A stretch of DNA of 64,000 nt, from NCBI GenBank assembly GCA_963724325.1, contig CAVRUH010000001.1, positions 576,001 through 640,000 of the forward strand, read 5' to 3'. The notes beneath the pieces are model-generated. The model did no database searches. It was not told the DNA's origin and saw nothing but the letters and a program-made list of their open reading frames with translations. Position numbers and translations under genes: made by a program. Below, in pieces: positions 39,054 through 49,140 of this stretch. Positions within the stretch are counted from its first letter, which is position 1; every line of letters begins with the position of its first letter. The stretch is from Waddliaceae bacterium. GTDB lineage: Bacteria; Chlamydiota; Chlamydiia; Chlamydiales; Waddliaceae.

Positions 39054-40379
39054 CTAGAAAATGGGAAACTTAGGTGCTAGGTAGAGAGGATAGTGGCATA
39101 CATGATTTTTTCGGTCAATATGTAGAGGTTTAGCACTCATTATTACTCGGTATTTTGGATGATATTTTTGTGCATATACTGTCAGACTTTTGGCCTTTGT
39201 TACCCAACCCGATTTAACCTCTATAGGAATAATTTCATCTTCAACTTGCTGAATAAATTCCACCTCTGCAGCTTTTTCGGCCCAACTGAACAAAGATTTT
39301 GAACTCGTTGCTGAAAGGGCTTGTGCTACAAAATTTTCGGCAAAAAAACCTTTGTAGTTTCCATAGTCATAATCTAGTATCATCTTGGGAGTAAGGCCCA
39401 TCATGGCCCCCAAGATGCCTACATCGAACATGAATAATTTGAAGGTGTTTTCTTTGACAAAGGACTTTAGAGGTAATTTACTATGATGTGCTATATGAAC
39501 CTTAATGATTATTCCGGCTGCCTCTAGCCAGTCAATTGCATCGGCTAGTTTGTTAAATCGATCAACCCCGGGAATTACCCCTTTAAATTTAAATTTATGT
39601 GCCGAACCGTCTAATGCCAATCCTAGTTGATCCGGCACGGTCCGCCAAATTCGACTGATGTGCATAGCGTTTAATTTTCCCGAATGTTTTGCGATATCGG
39701 ACAAATAATCTTCAATGAGATCCAACTGTTTTTTTCGTACCTGTTCAAATGCGACAAAAGGATCGTCTTGATGTTTACGGTAAATGTCAACAACTTCGGG
39801 GAGTCCTCCCACTACAAAATAGTCTTTTAACCTAATCCACAGGTGGTCATGTGCAAGTGCTGGAATTTCGGTATTCATTGAAAAGTCCTTAAGTAATTCG
39901 ATTGCCATTTCATCTTTTAATGCACTTAAGAACTCTAGAAAGGTCATTGGATACATGTTGAGGTGTTCCACTTTCCCGACGGGGAACGAAACGGGACCTA
40001 AATAAATGCCCAATAAGGAGCCTGCCGAGCAAATAAATGATTCGGAGAGTTCTTCATCAAAATATTTAAGACTTGTCAATGCTCTTGGACAATTTTGGAT
40101 TTCATCAAAAATGATTAAGTCTTTATCTGCCTGGATTTTTATTTTTTTAATAAAACTAAGATTTTGAATAATCGACTTCGGATCGAGGTCTCCTTCGAAG
40201 GCATCTGCTAATTTTGAATCTTTTTCAAAGTTAAAGTAATGAAATTGATCGAATTCCCTCTTTCCAAATTCTTTTAGAATATAGGTTTTCCCAACCTGTC
40301 TGGCTCCTTTGATGATCAAGGGCTTCCGGCTGCGATTGTTTTTCCACTTTATCAGCTGCTTTAAAACTTCTCTTTCCAT
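39054..40379 (-). CDS. AAA_14 ATPase + DUF4143 protein
   Basis: KPLIIKGARQVGKT, IFDEIQ, SFPVGKV, FKLFMFDVG, AEVEF, IPIEVKSG. Start set at MEREVL (40379). Confidence 0.9.
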   Translation of the reverse strand: MEREVLKQLIKWKNNRSRKPLIIKGARQVGKTYILKEFGKREFDQFHYFNFEKDSKLADAFEGDLDPKSIIQNLSFIKKIKIQADKDLIIFDEIQNCPRALTSLKYFDEELSESFICSAGSLLGIYLGPVSFPVGKVEHLNMYPMTFLEFLSALKDEMAIELLKDFSMNTEIPALAHDHLWIRLKDYFVVGGLPEVVDIYRKHQDDPFVAFEQVRKKQLDLIEDYLSDIAKHSGKLNAMHISRIWRTVPDQLGLALDGSAHKFKFKGVIPGVDRFNKLADAIDWLEAAGIIIKVHIAHHSKLPLKSFVKENTFKLFMFDVGILGAMMGLTPKMILDYDYGNYKGFFAENFVAQALSATSSKSLFSWAEKAAEVEFIQQVEDEIIPIEVKSGWVTKAKSLTVYAQKYHPKYRVIMSAKPLHIDRKNHVCHYPLYLAPKFPIF

Positions 40380-40400
40380 GCCTTTATTATGCATGAATTG

Positions 40401-40461
40401 GACATTTTTTCCTATGAAAAAATGTCTATACAATACACTTTTTCATATGAAAAAATGTGTA
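40401..40461 (-). promoter_or_regulatory. Tandem palindromic operator-like sites
   Basis: GACATTTTTTCCTATGAAAAAATGTC (40401-26) and TACACTTTTTCATATGAAAAAATGTGTA (40434-61). Confidence 0.6.
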
Positions 40462-40615
40462 ATTATTATGAAGGGATGCTTTCATTTGAAATTTACGCAG
40501 TTTAATTTGCACCGCAAATCTATTTCTATGGTCTTATGTAATGCTATTTTAAAATATTCAATATAAATAATTATAATTAATGATATAATAAAGTTGATAT
40601 AATAAGGAGTTAATT

Positions 40616-41821
40616 ATGGATGGGGCACGGTTACATTCTTTTTGTAAAAATTATTTTCATGTTGAAAAACCTAAATCAGCAGCTGAAGGGTTGTTGGTTA
40701 CCGCCAAGATTATTTCATATGCCACCATAATCTTACCGGTTGTATTTATGGTACTGGCCGCTATTTCCCAAGGTCTTATAGATCGACAAATTAAGGTCAA
40801 AAGACCAGATGAACCTATTGATCAAACAGTGCAGGATATTGCAAAAAATCAAAAAATAATTTCTACTCCAAGGAATTCAGTTGCGGACGTTGAAGAAGAT
40901 GTATTTTCCGACAAAACGCCGCCATTATCGAGTGAAGAAGATGTGGATGATGTATTTTCCGACAAAAGTCCACTATTATCGAGCGAAGAAGATGTGGATG
41001 ATGTAGTTCCCGATAAAACGCAATCACAATTGATTGAAGAAGAAGTGAAAGATGTGATAATAGAAAAGCCATCAAAAGTAGCGCAGCCTGAAATAGTTCA
41101 TTCTCAGGAAGAGATAAATTGGTCAAAAAAAGTTTTAAATACAATACGTACTGAATTATTTGATGAATCCGTTCTCGAGCTAATTAAGTTGGGTAAGGAA
41201 AAAGGATTTATAAATTTAAAAATATTCGGTAGTTATCACGGCACTCTTTGTATTGAATTGGCCAAATATGGAAAATTTGACAAATGGATTCCAATATTAA
41301 TAGAAAACGGCGCCGACCTTTCCATTCAAGATGACAACGATAATACTGCTTTGATTTGGACTTTGGCAAATGCAAATAATACGACTGCAATGACAATCTT
41401 AAACCTTGCAGGTGAGGGAAAATACATGGATTTTAAGGGTATGAGCGGAAATACTGCGTTGCATCTGGGAGTGGGAAAGGGATATAAATTTAAGAGTAAG
41501 GATGGACAGGCATTGAAACATTCAAATTTACAAGTTATTCAGGAATTGATTGGTAAAAAGTGCAACCTTAATTTGCAAAATGAAGAAGGAAATACTCCAC
41601 TGCATCTTGCTTGTGCTAGGCATGATCATGAGATGATAAAGGCTCTTTTAGAGGCAAATGCTGATACAACTATTGTTAATAAAAAAGGTCAAACTGCTCA
41701 GGATCTCTTGAAAAGTACTTATCAAGATGCAAATGAATTGATGAATCATACTGTAAAGGTGTACGTTTTAGACGAAGAAGAATTTGTGGCAAACACAGAC
41801 AAGGCTTTAGCTTTATTCTAA
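40616..41821 (+). CDS. Ankyrin-repeat putative effector with DUF648-like leader and acidic repeats
   Basis: ENGADLSIQDDNDNTAL, GNTALHL, GNTPLHLA; N-terminus shared with 25387-26640. Confidence 0.85.
   Translation: MDGARLHSFCKNYFHVEKPKSAAEGLLVTAKIISYATIILPVVFMVLAAISQGLIDRQIKVKRPDEPIDQTVQDIAKNQKIISTPRNSVADVEEDVFSDKTPPLSSEEDVDDVFSDKSPLLSSEEDVDDVVPDKTQSQLIEEEVKDVIIEKPSKVAQPEIVHSQEEINWSKKVLNTIRTELFDESVLELIKLGKEKGFINLKIFGSYHGTLCIELAKYGKFDKWIPILIENGADLSIQDDNDNTALIWTLANANNTTAMTILNLAGEGKYMDFKGMSGNTALHLGVGKGYKFKSKDGQALKHSNLQVIQELIGKKCNLNLQNEEGNTPLHLACARHDHEMIKALLEANADTTIVNKKGQTAQDLLKSTYQDANELMNHTVKVYVLDEEEFVANTDKALALF
40898..41050 (+). repeat. Intragenic 51-bp (17-aa) tandem repeat, 3 copies
   Basis: DVFSDKTPPLSSEEDVD / DVFSDKSPLLSSEEDVD / DVVPDKTQSQLIEEEVK. 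Confidence 0.85.
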
Positions 41822-41872
41822 ATAAAAAAATCCTGCTGGTATAGAAATTTTGGAAAGGCTAGAGTATAGCCT

Positions 41873-44800
41873 ATGAAATCTAGTTCTCCAAATGCACTTG
41901 AACCTATTGCTATCATCGGCATTGGTTGTCGCTTCCCTGGTGACGCTGCAAATCCTCAAGAATTTTGGAAAATGCTTTGCGAGGGGAAAGATGCAATCAT
42001 TGATGTTCCTAAAGATAGGTGGGATTCTCGCAGGTATTATGATTCTCAAGTGAATGTTTCTGGTAAGATGTACGTCAAGCAAGGGGGATTCTTGCGGCAA
42101 AAATGGGAAGATTTTGATGCTGAATTTTTTCATATATCCCCTCGAGAAGCAAATTTTTTAGATCCTCAACAACGCCTTCTGATGGAGTTGACTTGGGAAG
42201 CCCTAGAAGATGGCGGAATTGTTCCTGAAAAAATACGCAATACTGAGACTGGAGTATTTATCGGAGCCTTTACAACCGATTGGCAGTCGCTGCAAAACAA
42301 CCCCTATAATTTGCAGCATTGCAGCATGTATTCTGGGATTAATGGATCCATGACGATATTATCTGCCAGGCTTGCCTTTTTTTTCGATTTAAAAGGACCC
42401 TGTTTGACTATTGATACTGCTTGCTCTTCTTCACTAGTTGCTGTTCATCTTGCATGTCAAAGTTTATGGGAAAAAAATGCTTCTCTGGCAATAGCTGGAG
42501 GGGTTAATGCCATGCTTATCCCTGAAACAACTATAGCTATGTCCAAAGGAAAATTTTTGAATCCAGAAGGAAGATGCCGTCCTTTTGACTCTAAGGCAAT
42601 GGGATATGTTCGTGGTGAAGGAGGAGGCATTGTAATTCTAAAGCCCCTTTCAGATGCAATACGCGATCAAGACCCCATTTATGCACTAATTAGAGGGACT
42701 GGAGTGAATCATGATGGATATACTCAAGGCATTGCACAGCCAAATCCAGAAGCTCAAAAAGCATTAATCAAAAAGGTTTTAAATGAAGCTCAAATTAACC
42801 CTGCAGATATTCATTATGTAGAGGCGCACGGAACTGGAACTCCTGTCGGAGACCCTATAGAAGCAATGGCAATAAATGAGGTCCTGCAAGATCCCTTACG
42901 AGAGTATCCATGTTATCTGGGAGCTGTAAAATCTAATATTGGGCATTTGGAAGCTGCGGCAGGCATTGCGGGACTTATTAAGGCAGCACTGTGTTTAAAA
43001 CACGAAAAAATTCCTCCAAATTTGCATTTTGAAGTTGCTAATCCCATAATTCCATTCGAAAAATATTGTCTGAAAGTTCCAATGCAAATAGAAAGTTTTC
43101 CGAAGATAGATAAACCTTTATATGCGGGTGTGAACGCTTTTGGTTATGGAGGGACGAATGCCCATGCTATTCTAGAAGGTTTTAAAAGGAATTCCGTAGA
43201 ATTTTCTTCCGAAAATCCGTTGTTTATTCCTTTTTCTGCCAAAAATCAGGATGGACTTAGAGATATTGCGAAAATTTATAAAGATTATTTAGACAAAAAT
43301 CCGGATGTCAATCTTGCAGATATTGCCTTTACTCTATCTCAGAGAAGATCATTATTTAATCATCGTTTGGCCGTGAGTGCAGGTTTAAATGAGGAGTTGA
43401 AAAACAAGCTTAACCAATTTATTCAAGGAGATAAACCCGAAGGATCTTTTCAGGGTAAATGTTTTGAAACAAAGCCTAAGCTTGCTTTTGTCTATACTGG
43501 CATGGGCCCGCAGTGGTGGGGGATGGGAAGAGAACTATTGCAAACCTCACCGGATTTTTTAAAAATTGTAGAATTTTGCGATAGAAAACTTATTCCCTTA
43601 TCGGAATGGTCAATTCTTGAAGAACTTAATAAATCGGAAAAAGATTCACGCATAGAAGACCCTGTGGTTGCCCAAGTGTTGAATTATGTACTTCAAGCTG
43701 GACTGACAGAAGTGATGAAATTGCGGGGGATTGTACCAGATGCAATTATTGGGCATAGCATTGGTGAAGTAGCTGCTGCCTATGCATCAGGAATTTTAAG
43801 TTTAGAAGAGGGGCTTTTGGTTGCCTATTACCGTGCAACCATTCAATCGATACAAAAAAACAAAGGAACCATGCTCGCCGCAGGGATGAGTCTGCAAGAA
43901 GTTCAATTGATATTAGCTCAATATGATGGAAGAATTTCTCTTGCAGCAGTGAATGGTCCGCAGTCTGCGACTCTTGCTGGAAATAGGGAAGACTTAGAAA
44001 AAATTGTTTTGACTTTAGATAAGGAAAATATTTTTAATAGATTCTTAAGGGTCAATGTTGCCTATCACAGCCACCAGATGGAACTCTTGCAACAACAAGT
44101 TCTTGACACCTTGCATTTTCTTCAGCCTAAAAGGGCAATTATCCCTTTTTATTCAACGGTTTTTGGTGAACTTTTAGATGATATTCCATTGAATGCTGAC
44201 TATTGGTGGAAGAATATCCGACAGCCAGTTCTTTTTGCACAAGCTATGCAAGATATGCTCAAGAGGGGATATCAGCTCTTCGTTGAAATAGGTCCTCACC
44301 CCGTACTTTCGAGTTTTATTAAAGAAAATATCATGTTTTGCAAGGTGGAAGGTGAATCGCTTCCTTCGTTGAATCGAAAAAAATCGGAAAGCATATCACT
44401 TATGGAATGCGCGGGGGGACTATTTGTTAAAGGATATTCTATTCCTTTTACGAATAGCTCATTCATCAAATTGCCAACCTATCCTTGGCAAAAAAAAACT
44501 TATTGGATTGAATCAGAAGAGTCTAGACAGTATCGTTTGAGTGCACAAAACCATGTGATGTTGAGCAGAAGAATGCCGACACCAAATCCTACATGGCAAA
44601 TTGAAGTTAATCGTCAATTTTTTCCATGGCTCGAAGACCATAAACTCGAAGGATCCATTGTTTTTCCAGGAGCTGGATACATTGAAGCAGCACTTGCAAT
44701 TTATGGAACATTTCCCTGTATTATCGAACAAATTGCTTTCGAGAAACCCCTTGTGGCATCAATCGAAAAAGAATCACTTTTGCAAATATCTTTGGATGAA

Positions 44801-47800
44801 AATTCAAAAATATTCAATGTGCACAGTTCACCATCAGGAGAAAAATGGGATTGGACCCGTCATGCCACCGGTAAATTTTCTTTATATGTTCCCAAGCAAC
44901 CTATAGAAACAATAGATCTAGAAATTCTGAAAAATCAAGCTTGCATTGATAGTCAAATAATATACGATCAATTCACACATCAAGGCCTCGAATATGGATC
45001 TTCCTTTCGTTCGATTATAAAAATGTGGAAGGGGACTCATGAAGCCCTTTCCGAAATAAAAATTATAGATTCCGCCGATGTGTATCACTTGCATCCAACC
45101 CTGTTAGATGCTGCCCTGCAAACACTCATAGGAACGGTAGATTCCAAGTTATTTGGAGAAGGACTGATTGTTCCTTCTCATATCGATCAATTTACCTTTT
45201 ATTCAGCTCCTAAATCCATTGCCTATTGCCACGCAAGATCTACAAAGTTAACTTCTGAAAAAGTTGTTGGAGATCTTATTTTATGCGACGCTCTTGGACA
45301 TGTCTGTGTCCAAATTAAAGGATTGCATTGTCGTTTACTCCCAAGCTCCAAATTGAAGGATCCATCAAACCTTTTATACCAGTTTGAATGGGAGGAAAAT
45401 CCGTTAAATCCAGAACTAACGAACCACGAAAACCAAGTTTGGGTTTCGGGTTCCCAATATGATCAAGCAACTTATCAGGATATCCCAAATTTAAATATTT
45501 ATTTAGAATATGAATCCGGCCCAGCACATGTTCCAAGCGCTTTGGAAGAAATAGACTTGGTGAATGACTGTGTAAATTTAATGAAAGCTATTGAAGTATC
45601 GCGCAGTGTTCTAAAAACCACCCTCTGGATTGTAACTCAAGGAACCCTCAGAGGTTCTTCTCTTAGGGGATTATCCCGTGTGATCAGGCAAGAATATCCC
45701 CGCGTACGTGTCCGTCTTATCGACCTCGATCCTAACATGTCTTTCGATTCAAATATCATCAAAAATGAAGCCGCTTACACCAACTCCGATGATGAGATCA
45801 AGTGGGCCAACGGAAAACGCTATACTAACAAGCTCAAAAAAACTAAATATTTCGAATCGATTAATCAAACTCTATCCACATATGCTCTGGAACTGAAAAC
45901 ACCTGGATTAATCGATAGCCTCTACTACAAAGAAATTGAAAAAAGAGAACCAGCCCACGATGAAGTTTGCATTGAGGTCCATTCAACCTCTTTAAACTTC
46001 AAAGATCTCATGAAAGTCCTTGGAATGCTTGACCAAAACGTACTGGAGGGCACTTATTTTGGCTCTAGCTTTGGAATGGAATGTTCCGGAACAATCGTTT
46101 CTGTCGGAAGCAAAGTAAAAAAATTTGCCATTGGTGACACTGTATGCGCCTTTGCCCAGAATACATTTCAGTCTCATATCACCGTGTCCGCCCGTTGTAT
46201 CTACGCAATTCCACCCAGCACAAAACTTGAAGAAGCACCAATTTATATTCCATTTATCACTGTGCTTCGGGCATTAAAAGATATAGCAGAGCTCAAAAAG
46301 GGAGAATGGATTTTGATTCACAGCGCTACAGGTGCTGTTGGATTAGCTGCTATTCAGTATGCCCAATACATCGGAGCCCATATTATTGGCACCGCAGGCA
46401 GCGAAGAGAAAAGGAAATATTTACGTTCTCTTGGCATACAATATTGCTCTAATTCTAGATCTTTGGAATTTGCTGATGATGTGTTGAAATGGACGGGTGG
46501 AAAGGGGGTGGATGTCATCTTAAATTCTCTTTCCGGAGAAGCTTTAACGAAAAGTTTGTCTCTACTCGCACCCTATGGCCGTTTCATCGAAATCGGAAAA
46601 AGAGATATCAGCATGAACTCACCTCTTCCCATGCGCCATTTTAACAATAATACCTCATTTACTTCGATAGATCTCGACCGAACTTTTATTGATAATCCGA
46701 AACTCATCCAACGTCTTCTCATGCAAACTTATAATCTCTTCGAAAAAGGAATATTTAAATCGCTTCCCTGTGAATTTTTTTCCGCAAACCAGCCTGTAAA
46801 AGCATTTCAATTCATGGCACATTCCAAACATATCGGGAAAATTATGCTCAGATTCGATTCACAAAAAGTTCAAGGCATCCCCCTCAAACCATTTGTGAAT
46901 CCCAATGCCTCGTATCTGATAACAGGAGGCCTTAGCGGCTTCGGATTCTCAGTTGCCCTCTGGTTGGCAGAAAAAGGGGCAAAACACCTAGTTCTGTTGG
47001 GTCGCAAAGGTGCAACTTCAGTCGAAACTACTGATGCCATAGAACAACTCAGAAAAGAAGGGGTTAACGTAAAAGTTGCAGCCGTTGATGTAACCGAAAT
47101 CAATCAAATGCGTTCCCTCTTTGACCAATGCGATAAAGAAATGCCTCCAATTAAAGGGATCATCCACAGCGCCATGGTTCTAAATGACTCCTTTATTCCC
47201 CAACTGACATTAGAATCCATCCGTGATACTCTATTGCCAAAAATCGGCGGATGTCTAAATCTCCACAACCTCACTCAACATCGGTCGCTCGATTTTTTTG
47301 TTCTATTCTCTTCTATATCCTCACTAATCGGAAACCCCGGACAAGGAAATTACGCAGCAGCAAATGCCTTTTTAGATAGTTTTTGCCACCACAGAAAGAA
47401 AATGAACCTTCCCGCCCTAACAATTAATTGGGGTGCATTGAATGCAGGTGTCATCACAAGAAATGCCCAAGTGGCAAAACATTTAGAAAGCCATGGCATA
47501 AAAGCAATACCAAAAAAAGCAGCTCTCAAAATTTTAGAAGATGCCATAAAACAAAACCATCCCCAGGTTTGTGCTTTTGATGTAAATTGGACAACACTCA
47601 TGCAAAGGATGCCAAATATCAAACAATCAAAAACATTTTCCGAATTTTGTACCGATAATAATAGTCCAATATCCTCAATAAATTTAACCGATGAGAACAC
47701 AGTAATAGAACTTATTAAAGAAACTGTCGCAAAAATATTGAAAATCGATCCCCTCAAATTAGATCCCACTATCCGACTCAATAATTTAGGAATGGACTCA

Positions 47801-47926
47801 TTGATGGCCATGGAGCTTCAAACAACCATAGAAGTCACGCTTGGAATCAAAATTCCCACAATGGAACTCATGAAAGGACCCTCAATCAAACAACTAGTAC
47901 ACTCTGTTAGAAATCTCTTGATTTAA
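41873..47926 (+). CDS. Single-module fully reducing type I polyketide synthase (KS-AT-DH-ER-KR-ACP)
   Basis: KS DTACSSS/HGTGT/KSNIGHLE; AT GHSIG and VAYHS; DH HKLEGSIVFP and HPTLLD; ER LIHSATGAVG; KR ITGGLSGFG and NYAAAN; ACP LGMDSL. Confidence 0.95.
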   Translation: MKSSSPNALEPIAIIGIGCRFPGDAANPQEFWKMLCEGKDAIIDVPKDRWDSRRYYDSQVNVSGKMYVKQGGFLRQKWEDFDAEFFHISPREANFLDPQQRLLMELTWEALEDGGIVPEKIRNTETGVFIGAFTTDWQSLQNNPYNLQHCSMYSGINGSMTILSARLAFFFDLKGPCLTIDTACSSSLVAVHLACQSLWEKNASLAIAGGVNAMLIPETTIAMSKGKFLNPEGRCRPFDSKAMGYVRGEGGGIVILKPLSDAIRDQDPIYALIRGTGVNHDGYTQGIAQPNPEAQKALIKKVLNEAQINPADIHYVEAHGTGTPVGDPIEAMAINEVLQDPLREYPCYLGAVKSNIGHLEAAAGIAGLIKAALCLKHEKIPPNLHFEVANPIIPFEKYCLKVPMQIESFPKIDKPLYAGVNAFGYGGTNAHAILEGFKRNSVEFSSENPLFIPFSAKNQDGLRDIAKIYKDYLDKNPDVNLADIAFTLSQRRSLFNHRLAVSAGLNEELKNKLNQFIQGDKPEGSFQGKCFETKPKLAFVYTGMGPQWWGMGRELLQTSPDFLKIVEFCDRKLIPLSEWSILEELNKSEKDSRIEDPVVAQVLNYVLQAGLTEVMKLRGIVPDAIIGHSIGEVAAAYASGILSLEEGLLVAYYRATIQSIQKNKGTMLAAGMSLQEVQLILAQYDGRISLAAVNGPQSATLAGNREDLEKIVLTLDKENIFNRFLRVNVAYHSHQMELLQQQVLDTLHFLQPKRAIIPFYSTVFGELLDDIPLNADYWWKNIRQPVLFAQAMQDMLKRGYQLFVEIGPHPVLSSFIKENIMFCKVEGESLPSLNRKKSESISLMECAGGLFVKGYSIPFTNSSFIKLPTYPWQKKTYWIESEESRQYRLSAQNHVMLSRRMPTPNPTWQIEVNRQFFPWLEDHKLEGSIVFPGAGYIEAALAIYGTFPCIIEQIAFEKPLVASIEKESLLQISLDENSKIFNVHSSPSGEKWDWTRHATGKFSLYVPKQPIETIDLEILKNQACIDSQIIYDQFTHQGLEYGSSFRSIIKMWKGTHEALSEIKIIDSADVYHLHPTLLDAALQTLIGTVDSKLFGEGLIVPSHIDQFTFYSAPKSIAYCHARSTKLTSEKVVGDLILCDALGHVCVQIKGLHCRLLPSSKLKDPSNLLYQFEWEENPLNPELTNHENQVWVSGSQYDQATYQDIPNLNIYLEYESGPAHVPSALEEIDLVNDCVNLMKAIEVSRSVLKTTLWIVTQGTLRGSSLRGLSRVIRQEYPRVRVRLIDLDPNMSFDSNIIKNEAAYTNSDDEIKWANGKRYTNKLKKTKYFESINQTLSTYALELKTPGLIDSLYYKEIEKREPAHDEVCIEVHSTSLNFKDLMKVLGMLDQNVLEGTYFGSSFGMECSGTIVSVGSKVKKFAIGDTVCAFAQNTFQSHITVSARCIYAIPPSTKLEEAPIYIPFITVLRALKDIAELKKGEWILIHSATGAVGLAAIQYAQYIGAHIIGTAGSEEKRKYLRSLGIQYCSNSRSLEFADDVLKWTGGKGVDVILNSLSGEALTKSLSLLAPYGRFIEIGKRDISMNSPLPMRHFNNNTSFTSIDLDRTFIDNPKLIQRLLMQTYNLFEKGIFKSLPCEFFSANQPVKAFQFMAHSKHIGKIMLRFDSQKVQGIPLKPFVNPNASYLITGGLSGFGFSVALWLAEKGAKHLVLLGRKGATSVETTDAIEQLRKEGVNVKVAAVDVTEINQMRSLFDQCDKEMPPIKGIIHSAMVLNDSFIPQLTLESIRDTLLPKIGGCLNLHNLTQHRSLDFFVLFSSISSLIGNPGQGNYAAANAFLDSFCHHRKKMNLPALTINWGALNAGVITRNAQVAKHLESHGIKAIPKKAALKILEDAIKQNHPQVCAFDVNWTTLMQRMPNIKQSKTFSEFCTDNNSPISSINLTDENTVIELIKETVAKILKIDPLKLDPTIRLNNLGMDSLMAMELQTTIEVTLGIKIPTMELMKGPSIKQLVHSVRNLLI

Positions 47927-47998
47927 ATGCATTTTCACGTTAGTATACCCTCAGTATTCTTTAATTTTCAACAATTTAAAGCTCGATAAGGGGTTACT

Positions 47999-48721
47999 AT
48001 GTCAAAAATCATCATCTCCGAGGAGAATAAGCAATCCCTCGAAAAGTTTCTTACCGAAAACCGTCCAGCGGAACTCGTCAATACATATCTCTTTTTTATC
48101 GAAAAAAAGTTCAACCTCCAACCAGTGCTATTTCCCAGGGACAAAATTATCTACCAAAGCGCTGAAGACGCAGTTGCATCACTCGAAAAAGAGAGCAAAT
48201 TGTGGCACGAAACCGAAATCAAAATAAGCTTCGGCGAAGATAGCGTTAATGACCAAACAAAAAAAATATACATATGCCCTTTTACAGGTAAAGTTTTCGG
48301 CGATAATACACACCCAAATCCACAAGACGCAATATATACCTGGGTCTCCAAATGCCCCGAAAATAAAGAAAGATTAGGCGGTCTTCCTGTTAAAAGATTT
48401 TTTGTCTCTGAAGACCCAGATGTGATCAAAAGCTACATCGGCAAAATGAAAGTAAAAGAACCCATTAAAAAAGTAGTTTATTCTTCCGTCCTTAGCGGAA
48501 AATTATTTAATACCAAAGACGCTGTTATCAAAGACTTCAAAAAGAATTATCTGAAGTCAATGACACTAGTCGAAGTGCAAAGTCAGGACCGCTTTAAAAT
48601 TGATGAAAGATTGCTCGAACTCATCCAAAAACAACTTGTTGAGGAAAAGATTACCGATTTTGTTGAGTCCATGGCAGAAATACGTGAATTCCAACCCATT
48701 GTAGAACATTGGCTAGCATAA
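47999..48721 (+). CDS. Conserved chlamydial protein (DUF2709-like)
   Basis: KKIYICPFTGKVFGDNTHPNPQDAIY motif and position upstream of tsaE as in other chlamydiae. Confidence 0.75.
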   Translation: MSKIIISEENKQSLEKFLTENRPAELVNTYLFFIEKKFNLQPVLFPRDKIIYQSAEDAVASLEKESKLWHETEIKISFGEDSVNDQTKKIYICPFTGKVFGDNTHPNPQDAIYTWVSKCPENKERLGGLPVKRFFVSEDPDVIKSYIGKMKVKEPIKKVVYSSVLSGKLFNTKDAVIKDFKKNYLKSMTLVEVQSQDRFKIDERLLELIQKQLVEEKITDFVESMAEIREFQPIVEHWLA

Positions 48722-49140
48722 TAAGTAAATCCGAAGAGGAAACAAAAGCTTTAGGACATAGACTAGGGGAAAAATTGCCCCCAGGCAGTATCGTTTGCTT
48801 TTTTGGTGATTTAGCAGCAGGAAAAACGACATTTATTAAAGGACTCGCAAAGGGGGCCGCAGGAATTGCTGAAGAAGCGGTAAATAGCCCAACATTTGTG
48901 TATCTCAATGTTTATGAAGGGACGCAAAATATTTACCATTTTGATCTATATAGGCTCACCGATCAGAGACAATTTTTGGCATTGGGATTTGACGAAATGC
49001 TCTTCGCAAAGGGCATTAGCTGCATCGAATGGTCTGAAAGAATTAGCTCTTTGCTTCCTTCAAATTGCATACGTGTAAAAATGGACCACTACAATATAAA
49101 CACTCGACAAATAGAGATTTATGGCGAAATATCAGTTTAA
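48709..49140 (+). CDS. tsaE: tRNA threonylcarbamoyladenosine biosynthesis ATPase TsaE
   Basis: GDLAAGKTTF, VNSPTF, YHFDLYRL, IEWSE. Confidence 0.95.
   Translation: MASIISKSEEETKALGHRLGEKLPPGSIVCFFGDLAAGKTTFIKGLAKGAAGIAEEAVNSPTFVYLNVYEGTQNIYHFDLYRLTDQRQFLALGFDEMLFAKGISCIEWSERISSLLPSNCIRVKMDHYNINTRQIEIYGEISV

Noticed and set aside
26594..47926. RND pump, methyltransferase and kinase as one biosynthetic cluster with the PKS
   Set aside because: They are separated from the PKS by radA-rnc-argS and unrelated genes, so there is no evidence of a shared cluster.
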